A stretch of DNA of 64,000 nucleotides, taken from positions 62,001 through 126,000 of the forward strand of contig JAHLWZ010000470.1 of assembly GCA_020536535.1 (NCBI GenBank). The letters are read 5' to 3'. This stretch comes from Pelomyxa schiedti (lineage: Eukaryota > Protista > Evosea). The position numbers and the translations under genes are program-made. The notes under the pieces are model-generated. The model made no database searches. It was not told the origin of the DNA and saw nothing but the letters and a program-made list of their open reading frames with translations. How positions within the stretch are numbered: the first letter of the stretch is position 1; each line of letters begins with the position of its first letter. This document shows positions 1-13,894 of this stretch, one piece after another.

Positions 1-582
1 GTGTTGTCTGGCTCCTGTGCCCGTTGTTGCACCGGTGTGGATTCAGGGTGCTGTGGCTTCTCGGTGTAACTCACGGGTGGGTTCGGGGTTCGTAGGTGCG
101 TAAGTCCTCAACATGGGAGTGTGTTGTGGAGTCAACAGAGATCGCAGTGTTTTTGTTGAAGTCAAATTGTGCCACTCAACATCAAAAACATCAGTGCCGC
201 CTTGCCGGCCTGGGTCGGCGGAGAAGCGATTACACCGGGAGAGAGGAAGGTCACTCCTTCGTCACAAAGAATGGAAAAATGACTGGGACTGCTGTATTGA
301 GTTGTATAACAACCAGTGCGTGCCTTCATTGTAGTAATGCTCTTGCACTCAGCAAGCATATTCATGGCTGTAATTCCGCACGCCACAAAGAACTCCCGCT
401 CTCGGCGCCGATATCCACACCAAAAACTAATAGTGCCCACTTTTGTACTCCGATTTTGCACTGTGGTTTGACTGAACCCCATTTGGCAAAGAGCTGCCTC
501 CCAGTCTCACAAGTACAATGTCACGGTGTCTTACATGTTCACCACAGAAAACTTGCTTGAACAGATCTACCAAGTTGGGTGA
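1..582 (+). CDS. 3' end of an unidentified spliced gene (truncated by window start)
   Basis: Plausible exon pieces (..HKEWKNDWDCCIELYNNQ.., ..SQSHKYNVTVSYMFTTENLLEQIYQVG*) separated by intron-like stretches; no family recognised. Confidence 0.3.
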
Positions 583-704
583 ATGATGGAGTACGCATTT
601 CACTGTGTCATGCAACGACTTTTAGCATGTAAAAAAAAACACGCAACCAGTGTAGTGCCACAAGGCCGTGTTAATATTTTCTACTTCCAAAAAGTATTTG
701 AGGA

Positions 705-3700
705 TTAGAACCTCAGTTTGGTGGTTGTTGTTGTTTTTCTGGGACTTGTCCTCCTGGTTGTTCTCGAAGCCGGTGTGCCACTCGTTGTATTGTCACTGGA
801 ATGTACTTTCATAGTCGTTGGGTGTGCTGCATATCCGGAAGTATCAAAGTCCACCTTGCGGCACCCAAAGAGGCAGTCCATGGCCCACCGGTGGCTCACC
901 ATTTTCAGGCCCAGCTTCTTGATCCTCTGCTTGACGTGGTGCTCGATCGTGATCAGCCCCGGGGTGCACAGGACCACGTCGATGTGGCCGTTGTCACTGA
1001 ACAGCCTTGAGACCGGGACTCCCCCGGCTGAGTGAACCAAGTCCTGCCATTCTGCCTGTGGAATTTGTTTTGGTTTTTGGTTTGCATAGTATTTTGTTGA
1101 TTGGGTGTGCATTTTGGTATTTGTATGTTGTAATTAGGTGTTTTGTTGGTTTTCCTTTGTACACACTGAATTAGGTCCTAGAACTTCAATTCGAAGCTTT
1201 TCAAATACGTTGAGTGGCTCGAAGGAAGTGTGGGTATCCCTAGTGATATTTGTGGTCTGTTATGCAAGAAAAAAGTTGAAGGGGAGAACGTACTGTGAAG
1301 GAGAAGAAGCACTGCGCGGTAAAAGGAATTTGTGTGGGCGAGCCAATGAACCCTAAAATCTTTTAGAATGTTGGTGATCTTGAGGAACTTTAATACTTTG
1401 GAAACCGACCGGAGTACCCAATTGTAATGCAGAATGGGTATTCCTTTTGCAAGAGCCAAGAGGTATTCAATTTCTTCGCTTGGGGCTGAAGCTAATAGGA
1501 CGGCATACGGAATTGCTGCAGCCAAGTGTGAACACAGCTACTCTCGAGATCACATACCAGTTTTTGAGGGAACATAATGGAGCTCCTTTAATGTTGGCAG
1601 AATTTGAGCACCGCACCGCTCTATGAGCGAGTGTACTCCTGTTTACTTCCGGTAAGTACACAAAAAAGGATAATACTCACTATACTCTCCGTGGCAGGAA
1701 GCATGCACTTTAAAAGTGACACAATTCTGATAGCCGAGAATAACATTTTTGAGATCTGGACATTATGCCAGTCTATTGGAGCCTAGAGGAAAGAAAAGGT
1801 CAAGCCAAAAAACAAGAGCTCGCTAGTGAACATTTTTCAAGGGATAAAAATCGTGCAAGTCATGGACCTTTTCATCACTGCAAATTATGAGAGGGTGAAA
1901 TACATGAGAAGTGGAATGACCTGTCACCTAATGTGGGACTCTGGTTCTTCCGTTAGAATTTTAATTGAAGGGTAATGTTACCTCGTGCTTCAGACACTTT
2001 TCTTTGTGTATTTTTCGCTTCTTGGCTCTATACCCAGTCTTTCTTTTCTTTGGTAGGGAAACACTACTGCTATCACTTGAGCTAGAACTGCTAGAACTGT
2101 CACTTGAACTCTCGCTGCTACTACTCTTGAAGTTGCGGTAAGAGGAGTCCTCACTGGAGCTACTACTTTTGTTCTTCTTCTTATTGCGTTTTTTCGTTGA
2201 AGTGCCTTCATCTGTGTGGTGAAGCGTTTCTGAATGTTTGGACGAGGAATGGGTATTTTTAGTCTTCGTTGTGGCAGTTTCCTCGTTCCGCTCCTCAATG
2301 GCGTGATGGCTTTCTGTTGTCTTTGTTTTGTGGGATGAGGGCCTGGATACTTCGTCGGTAGGGTTTGGCTCCTTTGTTTCAATATCCACGGCCTTCATTG
2401 AGGCAGATCCATCTGCTGCACAAATCGGTTGCTGAGCTGGAATGAGGTCGTCGCTTCCCATATCAAAGGTGGAGGGAGGTTCGAAGGGAGATGCTGGTTC
2501 TTCATTGATACATGTGGTAGTTGGCTCCGTGCACTTAGTGCTATCCTTTGGGTGGGGAGTATTTATGTTTTCATCCACACTTGTTACACTACTTTCCTTA
2601 TGAGTTCTGGGCTTGCTCTTGCTTCTACTTCGGCTCCTGTCCTTGCTCTTACTCCTTTTGGGTTTTTTCGTCTCTTTTCTTGCATGGCAAGATTTAACCT
2701 TTGTTGCATCCTTTTCTTTCCTTATTTCAGTTACTCGGCTATTTCCTTCCTTGAGATGTGTGGACTTCGGTAGTGTTGAATCCACGGGGGAGATGGTATC
2801 ATTTTTCCTTGAGATGTGTGTACTTCGGTGTGAATCAGAATCAGTGCACATCTTAGCATCATCGCTCACAAGTTGCGGACGATTTTTGGAGATCGCACTG
2901 TCACTCCCTTGGGGAGTTTTCGCTTGTTTGGTGGGTTCAAACTTCTTGGATTGAACAACTACTTCCTGCTTGTAAATCACTTAATTTAAACCAATGGAAA
3001 GAAGGGAACCTTTGGGGTCATATTATGCATTACAATCAATCCAGGCATATTACTCTGCGTTGCTGGCTTATCAATCCCCAATTTCTCCCAAAGATCGTTG
3101 CTATTCCGCTTTTCTGGCTTGCTGGCTGTCCTTCTTTTCTTCGGGGGTCTTCAAACGTTTCTTACACTTGATTGACTAGGAAGACAAGACATACATTACT
3201 TTGACTTGGTCTTCATCACACTCAGGTTTCCTATTCCCACGTGCAGTTTGCCATTCAATATCATCCCGATCAGAAGATTTGATAGTACGAGGAGCATTTG
3301 GATGAACCACTTCTGTCCTTTCTTCACATTTTCTCACTAAGAGCTCAGAACGTGGTTCGGGAGGTATTTTTCCAACAGCCTGATCATCTGCCTGCTTCTT
3401 TTCTTTTCTGGTCCACCCATTCTTTTTTTTTTTTCCCCTGTGTTATTCAACCGCTGATAAATGAAGACATTGTTGCTTGAATTGAACACACCTCCAGAGT
3501 CTTGAAAGGCACAGCCTGTGGCTCAGGCCTGACATCTGGAAGGGACAGAGCAAAAGGTGGATTGGCCGAACATTGACTTGGGGGTTGCGTTGCAACGTCA
3601 TCGACTTGAGTGCAGTTATCAAGGTGCTTTGTTTGTGGAATATTACCCTTGTGTTGTTAGTTTTACGCTCAAGAGCGTAATGTACCTGTGCCTCTTGGAT

Positions 3701-4939
3701 GGGTGTATATTTCGGTTGTGTTACCTGCAGGTTCACCAAGCTACTTGCTGAATCTTCTATCAAATCAATTTTTGGTTTCGAAGATAAGTCCTATTTTATA
3801 GCAAGTAAGGAAAAAACCTATGTATATAAAAGCAACACCTGAGTGGAGTGCAAGACTGGGGCCTGGCTAGGCTCTAGGTGGAGGATCAACCCCACTCCGT
3901 CTTTTGTTAAATGTTGTGGCCTTTGCTCATTTGGTTCTCCTTTGTGTTCTGAAGGACTGGCATCCTTAGTGTCAGTTTGTTCCAATCCTCTATCTCCACT
4001 TCCCTTGGAACCAACCACAGGGACTTGTTCCTCCATCAATCGTCCTTTATCACCAATTGCAGAAGGACAAACATCAACCATTTCCGTGGACTCGCCACAA
4101 ATACCACTTACAGTATCAGGAATGCACACATGATTTGGTGCATTGGGCGCAGTGACCTGCACAGCACTGTCCTTGTTCGGTGGCACGTGACCCTCATCAT
4201 CTTCTTCCAATGACAAGTGTAGTGACAATGGTCCCGTCTCTGGTGCCTTGCTGCCGCCACACAAGTTCTTTTCCCCTTCCTCTCTGTCTTGTTCAGTGTT
4301 GTCCATATCTTTATCCTTGCCCTTAGTACTGTCATTGTCATTGTCACTGTGTTGATTGGAATTGCCATTGTCATTTTCCTTGGAATTGTCAGTGTCCTTT
4401 TCATTGTCCTTCTCCTTTTCCTTTTCCTTTTGCTTGTCATTGTCAACTTCCTCGTCCTTGCAAGTGGCATTAACCATCAACAAGGGTGTATCATTTGTGG
4501 CATTTGGTTGGCCGACGACTGCCTCGTCACGTGATGGTTTTAGTGCTTCACTCTCACTGTGACTGCCGCTCCCGCCGTTACTAGTTTCTCGTCCCGCGCC
4601 ATCATTATGGGACGGTTGCTGCTGCTGCTTCTCGGGCGGCGCTGCGCCGGCGTCGTCGTCGCCATCGTCGTGCGTAGCACCAAGCAGTTGTTTCGCGGGA
4701 GCAACTTGGTTCTGAGGTGGTGGCGGCGGTTGGGGCCTGTAGTAGTCGTCGTCTTCGTCCAGGTGCAACGAGAGTGTCATGGTGCTCGTGGCAGTACTAG
4801 GTGAGTCTATTGGCGCTTGCGATTGCTGCTGCTTTAGATTTTGGGGGCGTCGCCGTGGTGGCAGTTGCTTCGGTTGTTGGTCGTCGTCCTCGTCGAGGTG
4901 CAACCACATTATGGGAGCACCGCTACGCACGCCGTCCAT
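705..4939 (-). CDS. Large disordered protein with C-terminal tandem BRCT domains (53BP1/Crb2/MDC1-like DNA-damage mediator), multi-exon
   Basis: BRCT1 motif 'EIEYLLALAKGIPILHYNWV' (1178-1525 ORF); BRCT2 'WQDLVHSAGG...DVVLC...MVSHRWAMDCL' (705-1112 ORF); long acidic, Ser- and Lys-rich low-complexity exons upstream (1961-2980, 3818-4942). Confidence 0.75.
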
Positions 4940-5028
4940 CACCTTCGAACTTATTGCTCTTTAGTCTCAGAAAAAAAAAAACAAAAAGACTTGAAGAAAA
5001 TACAAATTGGACAAGTTTTTTTATATTT

Positions 5029-6998
5029 TTACAGGCCTGTTGTGCATACATTATCTAAAACAGCAGCAAAAGGATGGGAGAGGGCTTCTTCAACCTGTTG
5101 GTCGAATTAATACTAAAGTAAAAGGGAAGAAAAGTGAACCTTGATGCGTTTGCTTGGCTCGAAGACAAATATTTGAGCTAGAAGATCGGCAAGCTGGATG
5201 TAGAGCGCTTTATCCAATGGGTCTTTCACTGCAGTAGAGTACCTCATGATCTCGGATTTGATATCACGGGTAGCATTCCCGCTTGTCATAAATTGCTGAA
5301 AATATGTTAGCGAGATTAAAAACCAGGTAACAAAAATACCTGAACCAATGTGTTAGCAGCAACATCAGACGCAGAAGGTGTAGGAGGAGTGCGGAAAACG
5401 GCAGAATCGAAATAGTTTGCGGATTTTGGATACTGTCTCAGTACCTTGTGTGACGGACGGCCAGTAACTTGCATGTGGAGCCAGAGCATCTCAGAATTCG
5501 TAGCCCCGCTGAAGGAGAAACGTGATGTTGCAAGTTCATAAACACAGCAACCTAGAGCCCACATGTCAGAGGAGGCGCATACTGGAGCTCCCAGAATGCT
5601 CTCTGGTGGGCGGTAAAATCTGGCGAACATTGTTCCTCTAGCCCTGGCACAAGTACCATTCACGGCACAACCAAAATCGGCAAGCTTACACGTGAGGGGA
5701 GAGGAAGAAGAGAGCAAGACATTATCTAGTTTAATGTCACAGTGCACCAAGGATAGTGACTTGAGGTGTCGCAAAGCCAAGAGCATTGATCTGGTGTACC
5801 GAGACACGAGTCGTATGGGAAGTCCGCACATAGAAGCACTTGTTACTGCGGTTAAAGTGGATTGAGGGTCAAGGAGAGGAGATTGAGACGAGCCGCATGC
5901 TGTAAGGTTGACAGACTTTCCTTTGTACTGGTGCAATACTTGCCTGAGATTACTGCCCATTGCCTCAAATACTAAGCACAGAGTGCCGTATTGGTCTTCG
6001 AAGGAATCCAACAGACGGATACAATGCGCAGAATCGCCCGGATCGTTATCATTTATCAGCTCTAAAATCTTCTTTTCACTTTGGGCTGCCCTTTTCCTAA
6101 ATAACATTTAGTAAGGAAAAACTTTTGTGGGTACACACGTGTTAAGTCTGTGGCATTTGATAGCAACGTCCCTGTTGTTGTTATATGTATCACTAGCACG
6201 CAAAACTCGACTGTAGATACCGTCACCAAAAACCCCAGTAACAACATACCGGTCATTGAGTATTTCACCATTGCAGATCTCTGGGGAAGAGTTAAGAATT
6301 GATGAAGGGGGAAAAAAAAACGCACTGCAGTGGCCATCAGTATCCCAGTGGTCATCTGTATCAGGTTCAACCTTCACTGTAGTAGCTTGTGGAGCGAGTA
6401 CAGGGGACTCAGGAACCACGTCAGAATGAGCACTGCAGTTTTTCGTCGATGCGGATGTCGCACTGAAAGTGGACTGGTCAGGCTGGTTTATAAGAGAGGC
6501 CTGAAGAGGTGAAGTGGAAACAGGTGGTGCGGATGAACCCGGAGGAGTACAACTATCAGAAACCGGGGAGACTTGTGTGTGAGACTCGGGAGTACGTAAA
6601 GAGTGATTTACTGCCGCCTCGTAACTGGTATCACAACTAACAACAGAGCGCAAAGTAGAAGTTTGAAGCTTCTGCACACTACAGCAATTTGTCGTTGAAC
6701 GATCTGCTTTGGAACCACTTATACCGCTGGAAGTGGGTGTCACAACAGGGGCAGGCGTAGTGGGTGTTTGCATAACAGGAACACCACTCTCACAATCAAG
6801 CAAACTACTTCGTATAGTCCGCAAACCAACACACCTAACCCTAATTTGAAAGAAAAAAAAACCCATATTAGCGACAACGAGTATCGTAAAAAAAAAAGGG
6901 GGGGTAGGCACATACGACACGAATCTGCTTCGTTTGGGAGCGAACTCACAGTGTACGGGAGAAGGGGCACGCTTACCGGTCGTCACTGCTGTTGACAT
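5029..6998 (-). CDS. CMGC protein kinase, PRP4 (PRPF4B)/DYRK-like, divergent
   Basis: GVFGDGIYSRV Gly-loop, VAIK, PRP4-type 'EKKILELINDNDPGDSAHCIRLLDSF..LCLVFEAMGSNLRQVL', HCDIKLDN, DFG, RFYRPPE, DMWALGC; ends 'HPFAAV...GL*'. Confidence 0.85.
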
Positions 6999-7146
6999 GT
7001 CGCGTTGTCTACTCTTGTTTGTTTTTTTAATTAATTTTATGAAAATTTGGAGATGAATCATCTTCCGGAAAAAAAGAAAAAACAGAAAATTCTATCAGCA
7101 GTTGCTTAGAAAAACGGGAGGGTCGATTTCGGGAGACTTGGAGGCC

Positions 7147-8631
7147 TCAGAAGCAATTATTGGCATCAAACCCACATTGGTCATACTGCTCTTGTATTTC
7201 GGCCTCAATCATTGAAACAAGCTTCTGGGCAATATCATCCTCCATCAGGAAATGATGGGGGCCTTCAAACCTATCGTTTGTTTGGTGGTTAAATTCACTG
7301 TGAGAATTCCTTCCACATACACAGTTGGACCAATGAGGGGATGAATTGTGTGCCGCTGCCATGAGGTCATTTTTTCGGCTGTTATAATTCCATCCTTCTC
7401 ACCTATAAATGGATGTATTGGACAGTGGAATGGCGTGAGGTCATCAGCGTGATATTCATATCTATCAGCAACAGTATTATCAGCCCTGACAACTGCAATG
7501 GATTTAATCAAAATATTGTGAAAGAAGTCATCCTATATATACAAACCTGCAATCAATGTGGAAACCGCTCCTGGTTTTTCAGTGATAAGCTTTTTTAGGG
7601 CTTGGTCATCATACTTGGCACATAGTGCCATAGCGTATTTCTAAGTTCCGGTTTATTTGGTTTCAATAATGTTGTGTTCGCGTACCATGGGGTCTTCGAT
7701 GAGGGTGAGTCGTTCCTCCGGTGTATCTGGATCTGGGACATGAGGTGCCTTCCTAGCACTAACAAACATGGCCAGAGGTTCCGCCAGTTCGGGGTTCATG
7801 CGTCTCATTTCTCTAAGAACTTCAAAAGCAACCAGTGTCCCAAAGCTGTGACCAAAGAAGGCATAAGGCCTGTCCAAGAAGTTGATCATAGCTGATGCAA
7901 TTCCCTGCAATGTAATAGGTAAAAAAAAGGGTCCAATGACGAAAAGAGACCTTGGCAAGTGGTTCAATGTCTAATATCAGTGGCTCAGAGTATCTGGAGA
8001 AATGACCTGGAAGTTCAACAGGACATACTTGTATGTTTGGGCCCATCAAAGCATCCCACTTCTTGAAATCTTTTTTTTGGTTTTAGTTAATTTTTTTTGT
8101 TTTGAAAAAAGAAAAATAGGCAAGAGATAGAAAAAAGAAACAGAAAATGACAGGCCATTTCGCTCACGTACCGGTGTAGTTACGACCACCACCGGGGAAG
8201 CAAAACAAATAAACTTGTGGGTCGTACTTCTTAGGCCCATCGACGTGCCCAATCAGAGGAGGCCGTGGCTCGATCGTCCCAGGATATTGAGTACCGGCTG
8301 CTTTGTCAGTCGTGGGCACGGCCTCATGGTTCGGATTCTGACTGTGATCAGAGGCATGTCCCACCGGTGTCCCTGTTGTACTGGGGGCTGCCGATGAGCT
8401 TGTTTTTGGGTCGTTTTCTCCTGATGCGGATGGAGAGGCGTTGGTCGTGCGCGTCTCTGTTGTGAGAGGAGCAACCGATTGCGGGTAGGCGTCGGGCTTG
8501 GGAGTGGAAACGGGCGTTGGATTATGGGTGCTTTCCACTTCATCACCTGCACAAGGTGCAGAAGGTGTTGTTCTTCTTCTTTTCGGGTCGTGAGGTTGGT
8601 GGGCCACTTCCGTCCCGTCCTTGTCATCCAT
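7147..8631 (-). CDS. Type II thioesterase (GrsT/RifR/OLAH-like alpha/beta hydrolase) with disordered N-terminal extension
   Basis: 'LFCFPGGG', 'VELPGHFSRYSEP', nucleophile elbow 'FFGHSFG', 'FVSARKAP', 'VRAD', 'FEGPHHFL' (catalytic His). Confidence 0.88.
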
Positions 8632-8842
8632 CAAACCGGGAAGTTTGTTCTTTCAATCAAAAACATTCTCCTTTCTAATTCTAATTTCTTCACCCCCTTG
8701 CTCCGTCGGAACGAAACGGGGAGATACAGGAAAAGAGCAATGTATACTGTTGTGCTGGGAATAATGGCTGAATCATGCCCAACTTGGAGAACCAACAACA
8801 AATTGGCGGAAATCCTTCAAGTGAAAGTTAAACTAACACAGG

Positions 8843-10150
8843 ATGGCAGCCACACGTGCTAGAACGATACAGGAGACGGAAGTCACACGTGCTAGGGAAA
8901 CAATCGAACTGTCGACGCTGGATGTTGAGTTTTGTTCAGGATCGGTGGACAGCTTTATTCTGAGGGTGACGGAACATGCCAGGAGAAGATCAAGCTGGCA
9001 CCTCCAAATCGATAACCGGAGCAGCTCGACCTTGACCAACGTATGCTGTTGTAGTTTTTCTGAAGTATAGTTACCCAAAACAAGGGGCGAATTTCGGATG
9101 CAAAAAACTTTGAGCAGTACTTGAAAGATACTCTTACCGACCCCTCGACTAGAGCATTCAGGGTGGGTTTTTTTTTCCGCCACTTTCTCCCTGCTTATTT
9201 CTTATCACTTTCTTGATAGATCCCTGATGGAACTCTTCAATTAATTTTTCCACTGCGCCTGCCTTATGGACGACCAGATTCTACTGTGATAGATCTGCCA
9301 TGTACTCAGTGGTCACTCGAGACTCTCTCACAGCTCGTGCTGGAAATGTCAGAGCAGGTGAGACTCCCACTTTTTTACGAGGTGCATTATCCTCTTTAGC
9401 TCTGGACCTTGAAGAGATTGTTAATTCCTGCGCTGGAGCCATTCATCAAACGAGTGTGTAAAGTTTTGCATTCCACTTCTTACGATTCTCAGGGATTTCA
9501 GCCACTGCTCTTTTTAGATGGGAATGACATGGGTTTCTCGGCTGACCCCTGGACATCCACTGTGTCCCCGACGGGATCCTCCCGAAAATACATGGAATAC
9601 AACACAAAAATCGTGACACAGTTGGCTCTTATTGATCCTGCTTCCCAAAGATTCACAGTTTTGGCTCTTCCTTCACCACAAACTGCTTTGGCTTTCTTCT
9701 CTGTAAGGCTCTTTTGCACCTTTTTTTTTTGATCGATGATGCTTCAGGATCGAGCAACAGTGTCACTCAATGTTGTGGATGGGTGCCTGTCTCCATTGCA
9801 ATTGATTTATGGAACAGATGAGGGCAGAATAACACAACCAACCTGGAGGAAGAACTCTGTTTCAGGCGACGTACGGACCGGAATGTGTGTACGATTGGGG
9901 GGATGGTTCCACTTCCAATGGGGAGATACCTACAAACAAGACAGCCAAGGTCCTCTGTTTGTCTCCCCATAAAAATATCTGACAACCCACAGGAAACAAG
10001 TGTTCTGCCGAAGTTGTGGGCATAGGATTGAGAGACACCGTCTACGCGCCCTACTGCGAAGCACGATCGTCGGGCATAAGACAAGCTCATAATTACACCA
10101 ACTTCCACGATGTTGGACAGATGGCTCTACCTCTCTATCTCTTTGGCGTT
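8843..10150 (+). CDS. Hypothetical spliced protein, no recognised domain
   Basis: Series of plus-strand exon-like ORFs (8843-9070, 9409-9732, 9736-9972) separated by GT..AG introns; start and end uncertain. Confidence 0.4.
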
Positions 10151-10213
10151 TAAAACACTTTTTGTAAAAAGCTATACCAGCTGGCAACAAGTGGCTGAAT
10201 AAAAAAAACCCAA

Positions 10214-12280
10214 ATGAAGGGCGATCCGGAAGACGACGAGGACACCACGTGGGTGGTGAGGCCAAGGCCAGGAGAATGGAAAATAAAGGTGAAGGAATTG
10301 GGGTGGGACAGGTTGGTGAGGTTTTCGTGCCTGGTTCTCATATGCACACTCACTTTTGGTTCTTATTACTGCTATGACCTACCAGGTTGGTAGGTGGGGT
10401 GGGTGAGTGGGGTTGCTAATTGGCTAAATGGACAACACTTGGTGCACTTGTGTTGACAATGGTTGCAATTTATAGGTGCTTTGACACAGCCTGTCATGCA
10501 GGAGTGGTTTGATATTAGTTCAGTTCAGTATGAACTATTTTACTCTCTCTATGGTGTGTACTGTGAGATTGCTAGCTGGCTGATGAATATTTCCAGCCTG
10601 GCCTAATACAGTGCTTGCATTTTGTGGAGGTTATTTGGTGGATCGCGTTTTTGGAGTGAGGTATCTCTAAAAGTGCTACATGTTCCCTATTGTCACTAGG
10701 TTGGGAGCTTTTGTTTTTTCTGGTACTGTTCTCATAGGACAGCTTTTTTTTGCCCTGGGTACTGACTGGAGATGGTTTTACCTTGCTTGTGCTGGCAGAT
10801 TTATTTTTGGGTATTTTGCAAACATGTCCTGCATTCAACTAAATTCATCAAGCCTTGGGGGCGAATGTATATCAGGTTTTTTGCTTCTCAACTGTCAAAA
10901 CGAGTAAGGCGAAATAAGTTTGCCAGAGTACATTCACATCTATGTGGTTTCGCGGACGTGAGCTTTCTCTAGCATTTGCTATTACGCTCTCGTTTGCACG
11001 TCTCGTAGACTTTCTACCCCCTTTTGCAAGTTAGAATTCATTCTATACATAATCATACAGGGAAGTGCAATAAACTTCCTTGTCTCTCCAAGATTGCAAG
11101 ATAACTTTGGTACAGATATTGCCACCTGGTTCGGTATGATGATTTAACAGCATTTGTGTAGTAAAGTAATATTCCGTGTTTAGGTTTTCTTTTGTGTTTC
11201 ATTTCTCTTGGTGGAAGTCTTATGCTTTGGCTTGCGGACAAAAGAGCGTTCGTTTGCACAGAAGTAATTTTCCGCTCATTTACTTCCAGGGAGCAAACAG
11301 GGTTCCGAGAAACCCCTGCCCAAGATGAATCAAAACCAAGCTTCCGTGATATCCTGAAGTTTCCCCTGGCTCTGTATGGTATCATTGCCATTGTAGTGAG
11401 CTACTACGTTTCCCTGTTTGTGTGGATGACAATTGGAAGGTACGTTCGGGACAATATACATATTCTTTTCTCATCTACCATAGCGCTGCCTATATGGATA
11501 AGTATGGCATGACAGATACTGAAGCTGGCGACTTTATTAGTACTCCCTATCTAGTGTATGTCCATGGTTCACGAATGTGTAATTGTAACACTCACACAGC
11601 GCGGCCTGTTCGGCACCTGTCTTTGGATTAGTAGTGGATATAACCGGGTTTAATCTCACATGGAGTAAGCTATCTTGTGTCCCTGTTTTCCTGTACTAAC
11701 ATTCACGCAAGTCCTTGGGGCATGTATATTGCAAGTGACAACTCACCTGGTGATGGCACTTACATCAGATAACTGCCCTCCTCTAGTACCAGTACTGATG
11801 ATGGGATTTTCCTATTCCATATTGGCTGCCTCACTCTGGCCGTAATTCCTGAAACGTGGGTTCTTCCACATTTTCTCATCGCAATTTTTTTTCTCAGGTG
11901 CGTCGCTCTATTAGTTCCCAAGAGATTGACAGCAACGGCATTTGGTCTCACATACTCACTACAAAACGTTGGCCTTGCCGTGTTTCCGCTGATAACAGGA
12001 GCCATTTTAGAATCCTCTGACAATAACTACTCGTACTAAAAATCCCTGCCTATGTATATTCAACCTATTAATATCTGATTAAATAAACAAGCTTCACACT
12101 GACTTATGGGACAACAGAGCGATTTCATACATGTTTGCAGCCTGTGCTGCCGTGGCTGCCATCCTGGACGTGTGCCTAATGGCCCATAATTACTTTACAC
12201 ATGGGCTACTAAACTGCAGCAGGAAAGAAATGAGGGACAGAGCCCAGGAAATGCAAGAAGAAACCCAATCTTTGCATTAA
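10214..12280 (+). CDS. MFSD1: Major facilitator superfamily transporter, MFSD1-like (lysosomal)
   Basis: 'CTLTFGSYYCYDLP' signature, 'GGYLVDRVFGVR', 'AGRFIFG/LGGE', 'TWFRGRELSLAF', 'ATAFGLTYSLQNVGLAVFP'; multiple TM segments; ends EETQSLH*. Confidence 0.85.
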
Positions 12281-12572
12281 CAACAAAACCAAGCAACCCA
12301 CAATAATCAGCAATAACTTCTACAGTAACAATCTGGCATCTGCCAAATCATTCACTGCAACAAACTGATCCCGAGTCACATTGCACGTTTCTAACAGATT
12401 GATTCGGGGCAACCTTTGAAACCAAACAACAAGTGGATCTTGTATTCCTTTCCTTTGTTGTTTTTTCGTGGTACCAGATGTGGGGGCTTTTTGGCAATTA
12501 ATTTGGTTTTTAGTGGTAAAATTGATAAAACGGGCTGTGGGCACCGACTAGATCTTGGATCGGGGGAACAGC

Positions 12573-13730
12573 ATGTACTACGAGTATAATACCGATGAAG
12601 AGCAATCGGCACGTAGGGGACTGATCGAATCTAGCTCCGTAAATAGTTCTTCCGACAGTAGTAGCAGTTGTAGTACTACCAGCAGTGAAGACGACTCGTG
12701 CGCGACTGCCATATCGCCCCAGGTTTCGGATTGGTAACACAACTTTTCTTTTTTTCGAGTTTTTCTTCCCCGTACTTACGCAAAACAGCGATTATACGTT
12801 TAAAATACTTATTATTGGTGACTGTGGTGTCGGCAAAAGTAACTATATCCCTTCCACAAAAAAAAAAAAAAAACACCAAATGGAATGGGGTGGGGCACAA
12901 AGGGGGATACGGGTCTTGTAACTTCATCTCAAGGTTGCCTTTTGCTGAAATTCACTGAAGATAGGTTCACTAACACCTTTGTATCCACCATCGGCGCTGA
13001 TTATGTATAATCCCCTTTTTTGTCAATTCTGTCCCAACTTTTTTTCTTTAGAAATCCCGCACCGTTCAATGTAATTCCAAGAAAATACAACTGGACATAG
13101 TAATTTTTGCACTTATTTCTTAAGTTTGACACTGACTTATCAAATAGTGGGATACTGCCGGTCAAGAAAGATTCCAAACCATTACGAGTTCATGTAACCT
13201 GTCAAAGTCCATTTCCTATGCGTAACTTTCTTGGACAGTTTATCGGGGTGGTCACGGAATTCTTATTGTGTACGACGTCAACGATGTCGTGTCTTTCAAC
13301 AATGTACAGCAGTGGTTGCAAGAAACCGACAGATATTCTGCTGCAAACGTCAGCAAAATGCTGATTGGTAACAAAGTAGATTTCCTCTAATTTATGGCCT
13401 GTCTTTTCCTCACACTGTATCATAAGAACGACCTCTCATCGAAGGGGGCAGTAAAATATCACACTGCTAAAGAATTGGCTGATGGTCGAGGAATTCCATT
13501 CATGTAAGACTCCAGCTCCGGAAAATAACCATCCAAAATTCACTCTCACTCCCAGGGAAACTTCCGCTAAGACCGGAACCAATGTACAACAGGCATTCAT
13601 GAAACTCACCCAAACCATCCTCTCAAACCTGGAAAATCCCACACCCCACAAGACTGCACCGGTGGTGGTAAGGAGATCAACACCACCACCAGCACAACCA
13701 AGAAGACACTGCTGCAGTAGTGCCTTCTAA
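12573..13730 (+). CDS. Rab GTPase, Rab1-like, with Ser/acidic N-terminal extension
   Basis: Spliced translation: [68 protein letters not shown]; C-terminal CCSSAF. Confidence 0.92.
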
Positions 13731-13894
13731 GCCACTCACAACAACCGGAAATTTTTTGTACTCATGATGCAACTATACTGTAAAAATAAAAAAGGTTTTT
13801 CCCCATCTCGATGTGTTTGTTTTGATAACGTTTGTGCATTATTGAAAGTTAGGGTATTGTTTCCTTTGTATTCTACACTACAATAGTATACAGA

